A DNA stretch of 64,000 nt from Myxococcota bacterium (GTDB taxonomy: Bacteria > Myxococcota_A > UBA796 > CAJQPC01). The notes beneath the pieces were generated by a model. The model made no database searches and was not told the DNA's origin. It saw nothing but the letters and a program-made list of their open reading frames with translations. Below are positions 51,081-60,565 of the stretch, piece by piece. Where the stretch lies: contig DASCPX010000179.1 of assembly GCA_036012755.1 (NCBI GenBank), positions 78,566 to 142,565 on the forward strand, written 5' to 3'. Position 1 is the first letter of the stretch, and each line of letters opens with the position of its first letter. Position numbers and translations under genes: made by a program.

Positions 51081-51731
51081 ATGCTGCTGTTGTCCCTCGC
51101 CTGCACCGACGCCAACCTCGCCTTCAAGATCCAGCAGGTCGAGGCCGCCCCGCTCCTCGAGGACTACGAGGCCGTCCTTGCCCACCTCGAGGCGGATCGC
51201 CTGGCGATGGCCGAGCGAGGTGCTACCGCCGAAGAGGCCCGCGAGCGCGTCCTGAGCGCCCTGCGCGACGACATCTGGCCCGCCTGGTACGGAACGACCT
51301 GGGGCTTCTACGGCACCACCCAGACCCCTCGCGAAGGGCAGATCGCCTGCGGCTACTTCGTCAGCACGACCCTGGAGGACGCGGGCTTCCAGGTGGAGCG
51401 CGTGAAGCTCGCACAGCAGGCCAGCAAGAAGATCGTCCAGACCTTCTCGGAGCAGGACGTGACCACCTGGGGGCGCTCCAACGACGCAGTGCTCGACCGC
51501 CTCGAGCCGGGGCTGAACCTCGTCGGCCTCGACTACCACGTGGCCTTCCTCGACGTGCGCGAGGACGACGTCTACATGTGCCACAGCTCGGTGCTGGAGC
51601 CGGTGAGCGTGGTCTGCGAGCCAGCCGCCACTGCAGAGGCCCTGGACTCGAACGTGCACGTGACGGGTCCGGTGCTGACCGACGAGGTCATGAAGAAGTG
51701 GCTGGCCGGCGAGCCGATCCCTACCCGCTGA
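51081..51731 (+). CDS. Lipoprotein, unknown function
   Basis: N-terminus MLLLSLACTD. 216 aa with no firm motif. Confidence 0.55.
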   Translation: MLLLSLACTDANLAFKIQQVEAAPLLEDYEAVLAHLEADRLAMAERGATAEEARERVLSALRDDIWPAWYGTTWGFYGTTQTPREGQIACGYFVSTTLEDAGFQVERVKLAQQASKKIVQTFSEQDVTTWGRSNDAVLDRLEPGLNLVGLDYHVAFLDVREDDVYMCHSSVLEPVSVVCEPAATAEALDSNVHVTGPVLTDEVMKKWLAGEPIPTR

Positions 51732-52260
51732 CCAACATCCCGGCGCGGAGCTCGTCGGCCTTGCCGCGCCCCACCAGCCGCGAGACCAGCGCCATCGCGA
51801 AGTCCATCGCTGTCCCTGGTCCCCTCGCGGTGATGACGTGGCCGTCCTCGACCACGGCCTCCTCGCGCCGGTTGGCGCCGGTGAGCTCCTCCTCGAAGCC
51901 CGGGTAGCAGGTCGCGTCCCGACCCTCGAGGACGCCCGCGGCGCCCAGCACGATCGGGGCAGCACAGATGGCCGCGATGACGCGCCCGGCCGCTGACTGG
52001 GCCTGCACGAGCTCCCTGACCTTCTCGCTGTCTCGCAGGGTCGTCGCACCGGGTAGCCCCCCGGGCAGGATCACCGCGTCCCACAGCCCGTCGCCGCCGA
52101 GCACGTGGTCCGCCTGGACGACGACTCCATGAGCCCCCTGGACCCAGGGCGCGTGGACGCCCACGGCGCTGACCTCGATGCCGGCACGTCTCAACACGTC
52201 GATCACGGTGATGGCCTCGATCTCCTCGAAGCCGTCTGCGAGGAGCACGCACGCGCGCAT
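51721..52260 (-). CDS. DJ-1/PfpI (YajL/ThiJ) family protein
   Basis: Nucleophile elbow AICAAP, with LLADGFEEIEA and ILPGG. Confidence 0.85.
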   Translation of the reverse strand: MRACVLLADGFEEIEAITVIDVLRRAGIEVSAVGVHAPWVQGAHGVVVQADHVLGGDGLWDAVILPGGLPGATTLRDSEKVRELVQAQSAAGRVIAAICAAPIVLGAAGVLEGRDATCYPGFEEELTGANRREEAVVEDGHVITARGPGTAMDFAMALVSRLVGRGKADELRAGMLVSG

Positions 52261-52322
52261 TGGACCTCCGGTCCCCGCAGAACCCTACCGCGATACGGCC
52301 TCGCGCGGGCTACCCTCGTCCA

Positions 52323-54245
52323 ATGCTCCTCCTGGTCCTCGCCTGCACCAAGTCCAACATCAGCGACAGTGGGCAGATCGCAGAGGACCTCGACCGCGAC
52401 GACGACGGCTGGCAGAACGAGGACGACTGCCAGCCAGACGACAGCACGATCCACCCGGCCGCCGAGGAGACCTGCGACGGTCTGGACAACGACTGCGACG
52501 AGGTGATCGACGAGGACGTACAGAACACCTTCTACGCGGACACCGACGACGACGGCTACGGCGACCCCGACGCCCCGCTCGAGGCCTGCGGACGCCCGGC
52601 CGGCTACGCGCTCACCGGCAACGACTGCGACGACTCCAGCGCGGACATCTACCCGGGCGCTGCCGAGATCTGCAACGACCTCGACGACGACTGCGACGAG
52701 GAGATCGACGAGGACGTGAAGACGACCTGGTGGGCCGACGTGGACACCGACGGCTTCGGCGATCCGGAGACCGAGACCGAGGCCTGCGAGGCCCCCGACG
52801 GCCACGTGTCGATCGCCGACGACTGTGACGACACCGACGCCACCTCCTTCCCGGGCGGGACAGAGGTCTGCGACGAGGCCGACAACGACTGCGACGGCAC
52901 CGTCGACGAGGACGTGACGACCACCTACTGGGCGGACGCGGACACCGACGGCTACGGCGACAGCGACCTGCCGACCGAAGCATGCAGCCTGCCCACCGGC
53001 TACGCGGAGATCGACGGGGACTGTGACGACGCGGCGGAAGACGTCTACCCGGGCGCCACCGAGACCAAGGCAGACGGCATCGACCAGGACTGTGACGACG
53101 GTGACCTCTGCTACCGCGACGGTGACAAGGACGGCTACGGCGGCAGCTCGGACGCGGCGAGCACAGACCTCGACTGCGCGGACAAGGGCGAAGCCGAGAG
53201 CGACACAGACTGCGATGACGGCGACGACTCGGTGTACCCGGGCGCCGACGAGTACTGCAACGACACGGATGACGACTGCGACACGGACATCGACGAGGAC
53301 GCCGTCGACGCCGACACCTGGTACCTCGACGACGACAAGGACGGCTTCGGAGACGCCACCAGCACCACAGAGGACTGCGACGAGCCCTCCGGCTACACCG
53401 ACGACGACACAGACTGTGACGACACGGACGGCGACATCTACCCGGGGGCCGACGAGTACTGCAACGACGAGGACGACGACTGCGACGGCGACATAGACAA
53501 CGACGCCCTGGACGTCGACACCTGGTACCTCGACGACGACGGAGACGGCTACGGGGACGCCACCACCACGACAGAGGACTGCGACGAGCCCTCCGGCTAC
53601 ACCGACGACGACACAGACTGTGACGACACGGACTACGACATCAATCCCGGGGCCTCCGAGACCTGCAACGGAGAGGACGACGACTGCGACACAGACATCG
53701 ACGAGGGGGTGCTCGGGACCGGCACGGACTGCCCGGCAGAGGACTGCAGCGAGGTGCTGTCCGACAACGCCTCCGCCACAGACGGCGACTACGAGCTCGA
53801 CGCCGGCACCTACACCTGTGACATGACCACCGACGGAGGCGGCTGGACGCTGGTGGGCGACGACGTCTCGGTCTACGGCACGGGCTACGACACGACCTAC
53901 TACAACAGCGAAGGCTTCACCTGGATCGAGGTGCTCTTCGAGTACGACTCTGGCAGCGCGCACGCCCACTGCACCTACCCATCGTCGCTCACAGGCTGCA
54001 ACAACCTTGGCTTCCAGTTCGCCTCCGAGTCCTGGGGCGTCCCGCTGAACTGGGGAAGCAGCATCTGTGGCATGTCGACCACGGACTACACGGGCAACAC
54101 GAACTACATCGGCGGCTACGACTTCGTCATCGACCGCAGCAGCTCGACCGACACGGTCCGCCTCGGCACGCTGGAGGGCATCAGCAGCTGCACGACAGGT
54201 GACAACCCCGGCACGGCCTACACCGACATCTGGGTGCGCCAGTGA
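52323..54245 (+). CDS. Lipoprotein with 7 Cys-rich 'putative metal-binding motif' repeats and a C-terminal fibrinogen-related domain
   Basis: N-terminus MLLLVLAC. I count 7 copies of DCDD.D..[IV]YPGA.E.C[ND]..D[DN]DCD...DE. The C-terminus has YTCDMTTDGGGWTLVG. Confidence 0.75.
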   Translation: MLLLVLACTKSNISDSGQIAEDLDRDDDGWQNEDDCQPDDSTIHPAAEETCDGLDNDCDEVIDEDVQNTFYADTDDDGYGDPDAPLEACGRPAGYALTGNDCDDSSADIYPGAAEICNDLDDDCDEEIDEDVKTTWWADVDTDGFGDPETETEACEAPDGHVSIADDCDDTDATSFPGGTEVCDEADNDCDGTVDEDVTTTYWADADTDGYGDSDLPTEACSLPTGYAEIDGDCDDAAEDVYPGATETKADGIDQDCDDGDLCYRDGDKDGYGGSSDAASTDLDCADKGEAESDTDCDDGDDSVYPGADEYCNDTDDDCDTDIDEDAVDADTWYLDDDKDGFGDATSTTEDCDEPSGYTDDDTDCDDTDGDIYPGADEYCNDEDDDCDGDIDNDALDVDTWYLDDDGDGYGDATTTTEDCDEPSGYTDDDTDCDDTDYDINPGASETCNGEDDDCDTDIDEGVLGTGTDCPAEDCSEVLSDNASATDGDYELDAGTYTCDMTTDGGGWTLVGDDVSVYGTGYDTTYYNSEGFTWIEVLFEYDSGSAHAHCTYPSSLTGCNNLGFQFASESWGVPLNWGSSICGMSTTDYTGNTNYIGGYDFVIDRSSSTDTVRLGTLEGISSCTTGDNPGTAYTDIWVRQ

Positions 54246-55822
54246 TCATCGGACTCGCGCTGGCCTGCATGGGCGAGATCCGGACCGCCGAGTTGGCCCC
54301 GGAGGGCTGGGTCTGCGTCGACAAGGACCAGGACGGGTTCTGCATCGAAGACGACTGCGACGACGGCAACTTCGAGATCTACCCCGGCGCCCTCGAGCTC
54401 TGTGACGGCTTCGACGGTGACTGCGACGGAGAGATCGACGAGGGGGTCGAGCTGCGGGCATACCGCGACGCCGACGGTGACGGCATCGGAGCCGAAGCCC
54501 AGCGCATCGAAGCCTGCATCATCCCCGACGGCTACGCGCCCACCGGCGGTGACTGCGACGACTCCAACCCCTACGCCTACCCGGGCGCCGTCGAGCACTG
54601 CGAGGGCACGGACGAAGACTGTGATGGTGAGATCGACGAGGGGCTGGAGCAGACCTTCTTCCTCGACGCGGACCAGGACGGCTACGGCACGGACGAGGTC
54701 GCGATCGTCGCCTGCTGGGCGCCCGAGTTCTTCATCGACAACGGTCTGGACTGCGATGACTCCGACGCCGCCATCTACCCCGGAGCGCTCGAGGTCTGCG
54801 ACGAGGCAGACAACGACTGTGACACGGAGATCGACGAGCACGTCGTGCCCACCTGGTACCACGACGCCGACGGTGACGGGCATGGGGACCGCGAGACCGC
54901 CCTGGAGGTCTGCGACGCCCCAGAGGGCTACGTCGCCGAAGAGGACGACTGCGACGACACCGACCCCGAGGCGAACCCCTCGATGCCAGAGCTGTGCAAC
55001 GGCAAGGACGACGACTGCGACGGCAGCCGCGACGAGCCATCGGCCATCGACGCCCCCACCTGGTACCAGGACAGCGACCGCGACGGCTTCGGAGACTCCA
55101 CGGTGAGCAAGACCCTCTGTCACGACATCGACGGCTGGGTCGAGGACGCCACGGACTGCGACGACACCCTCGCGGCCGTGAACCCGGACAGCGACGAGGT
55201 CTGCAACGGGCGGGACGACGACTGCGACGGGGTCGTCGATCCGGACTACTTCAGCTCGACCTTCACCGCGCCGACGAAGCTGAACCTCAACGGCGACGCG
55301 CTCCAGGTGTGGGACGGCAGCGACGGCTTCATCGAGCTCACGACCACGAACAGCTGGGAGGCCGGCTCGGCCATCTTCGGGACCGCCGTCCCGGGCAGCA
55401 AGTGGCGCATCCAGTTCGACGCGGCGCTGGGCGAGGGCACCGGCGGCGAGGGCATGGCGCTGGTGCTGCTGAACGAGTCGAACCCCAACGTGGTGGGAGA
55501 CCCGGGTGACTCGCTGGGGGCGGCGCCGCTCGATGGCTGGGCCATCACCCTGGACACGCAGGACACGGAGCACCTCGGCATCGCCGAGTGCAGCACGCTG
55601 AAGGAGCAGGAGACGGTCCCCTGGGACCTCCATGACGAGGGCTGGATCACGGTCGAGGTCGAGTACGACCGCGGCAACCTCGACATCTGGCTGGACGGCA
55701 CGCTGGCGACCTCGACGACGCTCTCGCCGATGCCGGCGGCGATCCTGGTCGGCTGGACCGCCGGGACCAGCACCATCACCGACGTGCACGAGCTCGACGA
55801 CGTGACGATCGGCTGCCCGTGA
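54242..55822 (+). CDS. Lipoprotein with 5 Cys-rich metal-binding-motif repeats and a C-terminal L-type-lectin/ConA-like domain
   Basis: N-terminus MIIGLALAC. Five repeats. The C-terminus has LNLNGDALQV...IELTTTNSWEAGSAIF...GGEGMALVLL. GTGA overlap with the upstream gene. Confidence 0.75.
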   Translation: MIIGLALACMGEIRTAELAPEGWVCVDKDQDGFCIEDDCDDGNFEIYPGALELCDGFDGDCDGEIDEGVELRAYRDADGDGIGAEAQRIEACIIPDGYAPTGGDCDDSNPYAYPGAVEHCEGTDEDCDGEIDEGLEQTFFLDADQDGYGTDEVAIVACWAPEFFIDNGLDCDDSDAAIYPGALEVCDEADNDCDTEIDEHVVPTWYHDADGDGHGDRETALEVCDAPEGYVAEEDDCDDTDPEANPSMPELCNGKDDDCDGSRDEPSAIDAPTWYQDSDRDGFGDSTVSKTLCHDIDGWVEDATDCDDTLAAVNPDSDEVCNGRDDDCDGVVDPDYFSSTFTAPTKLNLNGDALQVWDGSDGFIELTTTNSWEAGSAIFGTAVPGSKWRIQFDAALGEGTGGEGMALVLLNESNPNVVGDPGDSLGAAPLDGWAITLDTQDTEHLGIAECSTLKEQETVPWDLHDEGWITVEVEYDRGNLDIWLDGTLATSTTLSPMPAAILVGWTAGTSTITDVHELDDVTIGCP

Positions 55823-56250
55823 TCACCTGCACCCGCCGCCTGGCCTGGGACGCGATGCACCGGATCCCCCGCCACGAGAGCAAGTGCGCGGCCTTCCATG
55901 GCCACCGCTACACGGCAGACATCACCTGTGTCGCGCCGGAGCTCGACGACCGCGGCAGGGTCGTGGACTTCGGCGTCGTGAAGGAGCGGGTCGGTGGCTG
56001 GATCGATCGCTGGTGGGACCACACGGCCATCCTGATGCGCGGGGACGCCGACCCTGCGATACAGATGCTCGCCGCCAGCAACGAAGCCCACGGCCGACCG
56101 GTCTACTGGACCGACGAGCCGCCGACCGCCGAGGTGCTCGCCGCCGAGCTGGCGAGGGTCGCCGGGGAGCTCCTCGCCGACACCGGCGTCGAGGTCGTCG
56201 CCGTGCGCGTCTGGGAGACCCCCAACGGATGGGCTGAGTGGTCGCGCTGA
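55819..56250 (+). CDS. 6-pyruvoyl-tetrahydropterin / 6-carboxytetrahydropterin synthase family protein (QueD-like)
   Basis: WDAMHRIPRHESKCAAFHGHRY is the CxxxHGH motif. 143 aa. GTGA overlap with the upstream gene. Confidence 0.8.
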   Translation: MITCTRRLAWDAMHRIPRHESKCAAFHGHRYTADITCVAPELDDRGRVVDFGVVKERVGGWIDRWWDHTAILMRGDADPAIQMLAASNEAHGRPVYWTDEPPTAEVLAAELARVAGELLADTGVEVVAVRVWETPNGWAEWSR

Positions 56251-57413
56251 TCCTGTGGGGCTGTACCTCCCCTGACGACACCGGCTCGCGCGACCCCATC
56301 ACCGTGGAGTTGCTGACCGAGCGCACCCAGGCGCTGGTCGACCTCGGCCCGCGGGTGGTGGGGACCTCGAGCGAGGAGGACGCCAGGGCGCTGCTCGATG
56401 GCTGGTTCCTCTCGACGGGGCTCCAGGAGGTCGAGAGCGAGCCCTTCGCCTGGGATGCCTGGCAGCGTGGAGCTTCCAGCCTGAACCAGGGCGGCGTGGA
56501 GTACGCCACCTGGGCCTGGAGCCCCTCGCCGAGCGGCACGGTGAGCGGCGTGCTCGAGAGCGTGGAGGGGGACGTCGGCGGCAAGATCGCCCTGTCGCGC
56601 TCTGGCTCGATGATGCGGACAGAGGCCTTCGTCTCGGCGCTCACGGGCGGCGCGGTGGGGCTGGTGCACGTGAGCGAGGCGATCGACGCCGACGGCACGG
56701 ACCTGGTCGAGGTCGGCCACACCCTCGATGGCTCCTCGCTGCCCGCGGTCGCGCTCGGCAAGCGGGACGGCAACGACCTCGAGCTCGGCGAGGAGATCAC
56801 GCTGTCGATCGACTCGTCCGTGCTCTACGACCACACCTCCTACAACGTCGTGGGCCGGGTCCCCGGGACGGGCTCAGGGCGGGTCTACGTCGTGGCCCAC
56901 TACGACTCCTGGGATCCCAGCGAGTCGGCCTTCGACAACGCCATGGGCGCGGCGGCGCTGTCCCTGCTCGCCGAGCGCATGGCCCAGGAGCAGCCGCGGC
57001 GCGAGGTCGTCTTCATCGCCACCAGCGGCGAGGAGCAGGGCCTCCAGGGGGCCCAGGCCTATGTGGAGGACCACCTCGACGAGGTCCTCGCGGGGACCTC
57101 GGTCATGACGCTGGACGTGCTCTGGTCGGCCAGCGGGGACTACTACGTCGCGGCCACTCGGGAAGAGGACCGGGTCGTCGGCATGGAGGCCGCCCTCGAT
57201 GAGGGGCTGCCCGCGCGTGACTCGGGCAACCCCTCGCCGGCCAGCGACCACTTCGCCTTCGAGTCGAGGGGCCTGGACAGCTTCTGGGCGACCCGCCAGC
57301 CGGACATCCACTACCACACGACCCACGACCGGCTCGAGTACCTCGACATGGACGACGCGACCGCGGCTCTTCGCACCCAGTGGGTGGTCTTGCAGGAACT
57401 TGCGGACCTCTGA
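56238..57413 (+). CDS. M28-family metallopeptidase lipoprotein
   Basis: N-terminus MVALILWGC. Further motifs VVAHYDSW, DNAMGAAALSLLAE and TSGEEQGLQGAQAY. Confidence 0.8.
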   Translation: MVALILWGCTSPDDTGSRDPITVELLTERTQALVDLGPRVVGTSSEEDARALLDGWFLSTGLQEVESEPFAWDAWQRGASSLNQGGVEYATWAWSPSPSGTVSGVLESVEGDVGGKIALSRSGSMMRTEAFVSALTGGAVGLVHVSEAIDADGTDLVEVGHTLDGSSLPAVALGKRDGNDLELGEEITLSIDSSVLYDHTSYNVVGRVPGTGSGRVYVVAHYDSWDPSESAFDNAMGAAALSLLAERMAQEQPRREVVFIATSGEEQGLQGAQAYVEDHLDEVLAGTSVMTLDVLWSASGDYYVAATREEDRVVGMEAALDEGLPARDSGNPSPASDHFAFESRGLDSFWATRQPDIHYHTTHDRLEYLDMDDATAALRTQWVVLQELADL

Positions 57414-57441
57414 CCCACGGCGCCTCCTGGCCCCTGCCGCC

Positions 57442-59127
57442 ATGCTGCTGCTCGGGGCCCTGCTCCCGATGGCGCGGGTGCTCCCCCGTTTCGCCAGCTC
57501 GCTGCCGGGAGATGCTCGCGGAGACATCTACAAGCACGTCTGGTCCTACTGGCACGCCACCGTCTCCCCCGGGCTCTGGACCGACTACCTGAACGCCCCG
57601 GACGGCGGCATCCTGCTGGATGTGATGTGGGTGCCGGCGCTGGCGATGGCGCCGCTGACCTTGCTCGCGGGGCCGGTCGTGGCCAGCAACACCTGGGTCG
57701 TCTTGTCCCTCTTCGCCGTGGGGGCCGCGACGGCGGGGCTGGCCTGGGAGCTGACCGGTGCTCGCTGGCCCGCCGTGGCCGCGGGGCTCTGCGCGCAGAG
57801 CTCTCCATTCCTCCTCGGCTACCCGATGGAGAGCGGCGTGCAGGAACGCCTCGCGGTCTGGGTCTTTCCGCTGGTGCTCCTGGCCCTGCTGCGAGCAGGC
57901 CGCAGGGGCTCGATCGGCTGGGCCATCGCCGGCGTGCTGGGGCTGGCTGTGGCGAGCCTGGGATGCCAGTCCTACGCGGTCTTCGCCGTGATCATGGGTG
58001 TCATGACGGCTCCGTTGTTTCTCTGGAGAGAGGAGCGCCGACACCCCTGGGTGCTGTTGGGCTGCCTCGCTGGCATGGCGTTCTGCCTCCTCGGCGTGTG
58101 GGCGCTGGCCCACCACGCAGCCCTCGACCCTGACTCGCTGTCGCTGCTGCCGGGACGCACGGAGATGACGACCGGGGTGGGAGCCCACCTTCGAATCGAG
58201 CCAGCGACACTGCACGGGCTCCTGGATCCCCGCGCGGCCGCTCGGCCCCTGGCGCTCCGGGAGAGTGACCTGCTGGTGCAGACCTCGTACCTCGGCTGGG
58301 CGCCGCTGGTGTTGGGGCTGGCTGGCGTCGCCGTGGCCCGCGCGAGGCGATGGGTGGGGATCGTCGTCGCCGCTGGCCTGGTCTCGGCGTGGATGGCGCT
58401 GGGCCACCCGGCGCACGCGGGCCACCTGCTGCTGGTCAACTACCTCTACCAGGCGGGCGCCGCCCTGATCCCGACCTACGGGCACATCCCGGCGCTGTGG
58501 CAGCAGACCGCCGTCTTCGGCCCGCTGGCCGCGGTCGGATTCGCGGCGCTGCTGGCGCGCATCGGGGGCCGGCGGAGCCTGGTGGTCGGGGTCGTGGGTC
58601 TCGCCGCGGTGCTGGCGGAGCGCCACTCGGTGGTCGACGAGCCCATCGTGGCGAGGGCGTTCGAGGTGCCCGAGCTGTCCATCTACGACGAGATCGGATG
58701 GGACGGCTCGCTGGTCGAGCTTCCCCGCTCCTGGAGGCACAGCTCCCTGGTGGATCCGCTGATCTTCTACGCCCAGACCCGCCACGAGGCGCCCTTGGCC
58801 GTCGCGATCAACGCCGGCTCGACCGGCCTCGATCGCTACCGGCCGGTGCTGGACGCCAAGGCCGAGAGCTGGCCGGTGGCGCTGGACTGCATGAGCCGCG
58901 GGGGAATCCGCTGGGTGGTGCTGCGGGGCGACGCCGTCTTCGACGAGGACTACCCGGTCTTGCGCGAGGAGCTGATCGAGGCCGCTGGTCCCCCGGTCGC
59001 GGAGGACGGTCGGACCCTCCTCTTCGACCTCGGCCCGGCGGAGGCCACACAGGGAGGGGTGCCGCTGGTCGTCGGAGGCGGGCCGAGCGGGGCCAGGCGG
59101 CGGCTCGGGGGCTGCCCCTACAACTGA
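57442..59127 (+). CDS. Polytopic membrane protein with a soluble C-terminal domain (same class as 12272..13972 and 23774..25366)
   Basis: ATG at 57442 gives MLLLGALLPMARVL. The loop is GDARGDIYKHVWSYWH. More than 10 TM helices. Confidence 0.6.
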   Translation: MLLLGALLPMARVLPRFASSLPGDARGDIYKHVWSYWHATVSPGLWTDYLNAPDGGILLDVMWVPALAMAPLTLLAGPVVASNTWVVLSLFAVGAATAGLAWELTGARWPAVAAGLCAQSSPFLLGYPMESGVQERLAVWVFPLVLLALLRAGRRGSIGWAIAGVLGLAVASLGCQSYAVFAVIMGVMTAPLFLWREERRHPWVLLGCLAGMAFCLLGVWALAHHAALDPDSLSLLPGRTEMTTGVGAHLRIEPATLHGLLDPRAAARPLALRESDLLVQTSYLGWAPLVLGLAGVAVARARRWVGIVVAAGLVSAWMALGHPAHAGHLLLVNYLYQAGAALIPTYGHIPALWQQTAVFGPLAAVGFAALLARIGGRRSLVVGVVGLAAVLAERHSVVDEPIVARAFEVPELSIYDEIGWDGSLVELPRSWRHSSLVDPLIFYAQTRHEAPLAVAINAGSTGLDRYRPVLDAKAESWPVALDCMSRGGIRWVVLRGDAVFDEDYPVLREELIEAAGPPVAEDGRTLLFDLGPAEATQGGVPLVVGGGPSGARRRLGGCPYN

Positions 59128-60491
59128 GGCAGGGGCTGCAGCAGCACCATCGAGTCACCCTCTGTGGACCAGGAGCTGATCGAGATCTCCCCTCCGGGTC
59201 TGTCGTCCAGATCGCCGAAGCCGAGGGCTCGACCCAGGGCCTGGCCGTAGGAGGTGCCGGCACGCTCCCAGTCTGGCTCCACCAGCTGGCCGGTGAGCGG
59301 TCCGTACCAGAGCCGCAGGTGGCCGGCGGTGGCCTCGCCGCCCTCCGAGGGGGCCTCTGTGTTGCCGATGACCACGTCGTGAAGCCCGTCGCCGTCGATG
59401 TCCTCGACAAGGACGTGCTGTCCCTGGGTGTGGAGCAGCTCGATCTCCGAGGCCACGAAGCTGGCGAGGGCCCGATCCGGCATGTTGCCGGCTTCGGGCG
59501 GGCCAGGGATCAGCCAGGTGGTGGCTGGGGTCGCGGATGCCTCGAACTCGGGACCCACCGTGACCAGGAGGTCGTCGAAGCCGTCTCCGTCGACATCCCC
59601 GGCCTCTACCCCGCGGGTGAAGTCCGGCTCGTCACGCTCGGCGTCGATGGTCAGCCCGTCCATCGAGGTCAGGACACCCTGGATCGGGCCGGAGTAGACC
59701 AGGAGCGCGCCGTCGTCGCCCTGGTTCGCGGCGCAGACCGCGAGGTCGTCGATGCCGTCGCCGTCGAGGTCACCCGCAGCCAGAGCCCAGCCGAGCTCTC
59801 CGCGATCGAAGGAGCCCTCGATCCCGTCGAGGGTGTCGAGGTCGTAGTCCTCTTCAATGGGGGCCCCCAAGAGCACGACGACGCCGGCGCCGAAGCGGTC
59901 TTCTACGAATGCGTAGGGCGCCCCTGCTGCGACCTCCGGCAGGCCATCGTCATCGAAGTCCCCCACGGCGAGCTCCTGCCCGAGGTGGTCTCCGATGCCG
60001 CGGCCCAGGGCCCGCCCGGTCGAGTGGCCATCGAGGCTGCCGTCGATGAGGGGGGCGACCCCCATGAAGAGCACCGCGCCCTGGTCACGAGTCGTCGCGG
60101 TCTGGCCCTGGGCTGCGACGACCAGCTCGAGCGTGCCGTCTTGTTCGAGGTCGACGGTGGCGAGGGAGGAGCCGAGGGAGGAGGCCTCCTCGCTGCCGAC
60201 GAGCAGACCATCGAGCTCGCTGTGCTCGCCGGCCTCGAGGGGTCCCGACATGAGCGCGACCGCCCCCTCGTTGCCGACCCGGTGGTAGCCGGGCATGCCT
60301 CCGACGAGGTCGTCGTGACCGTCCCCGTCGAGGTCCTCGACGAGGAGGGTGTGGACCTGGCCGGGCAGCACCACGCGGGTCGACAGAGCGTCGAGGGCGT
60401 CGATCTCCGGGAGGGCGGGTCCGCTGGAGTCCCCGAGCACCTCGCTGTCCGAGACCGTCTCGGTGGCGCAGGCGAGGAGCAGCGGAATCAT
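59118..60491 (-). CDS. FG-GAP-repeat lipoprotein
   Basis: ATG at 60491 gives MIPLLLACATE. Repeats include EDLDGDGHDDLV, GDFDDDGLPEVA, GDLDGDGIDDLA, GDVDGDGFDDLL and EDIDGDGLHDVV. Confidence 0.75.
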   Translation of the reverse strand: MIPLLLACATETVSDSEVLGDSSGPALPEIDALDALSTRVVLPGQVHTLLVEDLDGDGHDDLVGGMPGYHRVGNEGAVALMSGPLEAGEHSELDGLLVGSEEASSLGSSLATVDLEQDGTLELVVAAQGQTATTRDQGAVLFMGVAPLIDGSLDGHSTGRALGRGIGDHLGQELAVGDFDDDGLPEVAAGAPYAFVEDRFGAGVVVLLGAPIEEDYDLDTLDGIEGSFDRGELGWALAAGDLDGDGIDDLAVCAANQGDDGALLVYSGPIQGVLTSMDGLTIDAERDEPDFTRGVEAGDVDGDGFDDLLVTVGPEFEASATPATTWLIPGPPEAGNMPDRALASFVASEIELLHTQGQHVLVEDIDGDGLHDVVIGNTEAPSEGGEATAGHLRLWYGPLTGQLVEPDWERAGTSYGQALGRALGFGDLDDRPGGEISISSWSTEGDSMVLLQPLPQL

Positions 60492-60565
60492 GCTCCTTTG
60501 TATCCGGGGATCAGCGCCCAAGTGAATCGCGGACGTGCAAAAACCGGGACGCCCCCCTCGACGAC

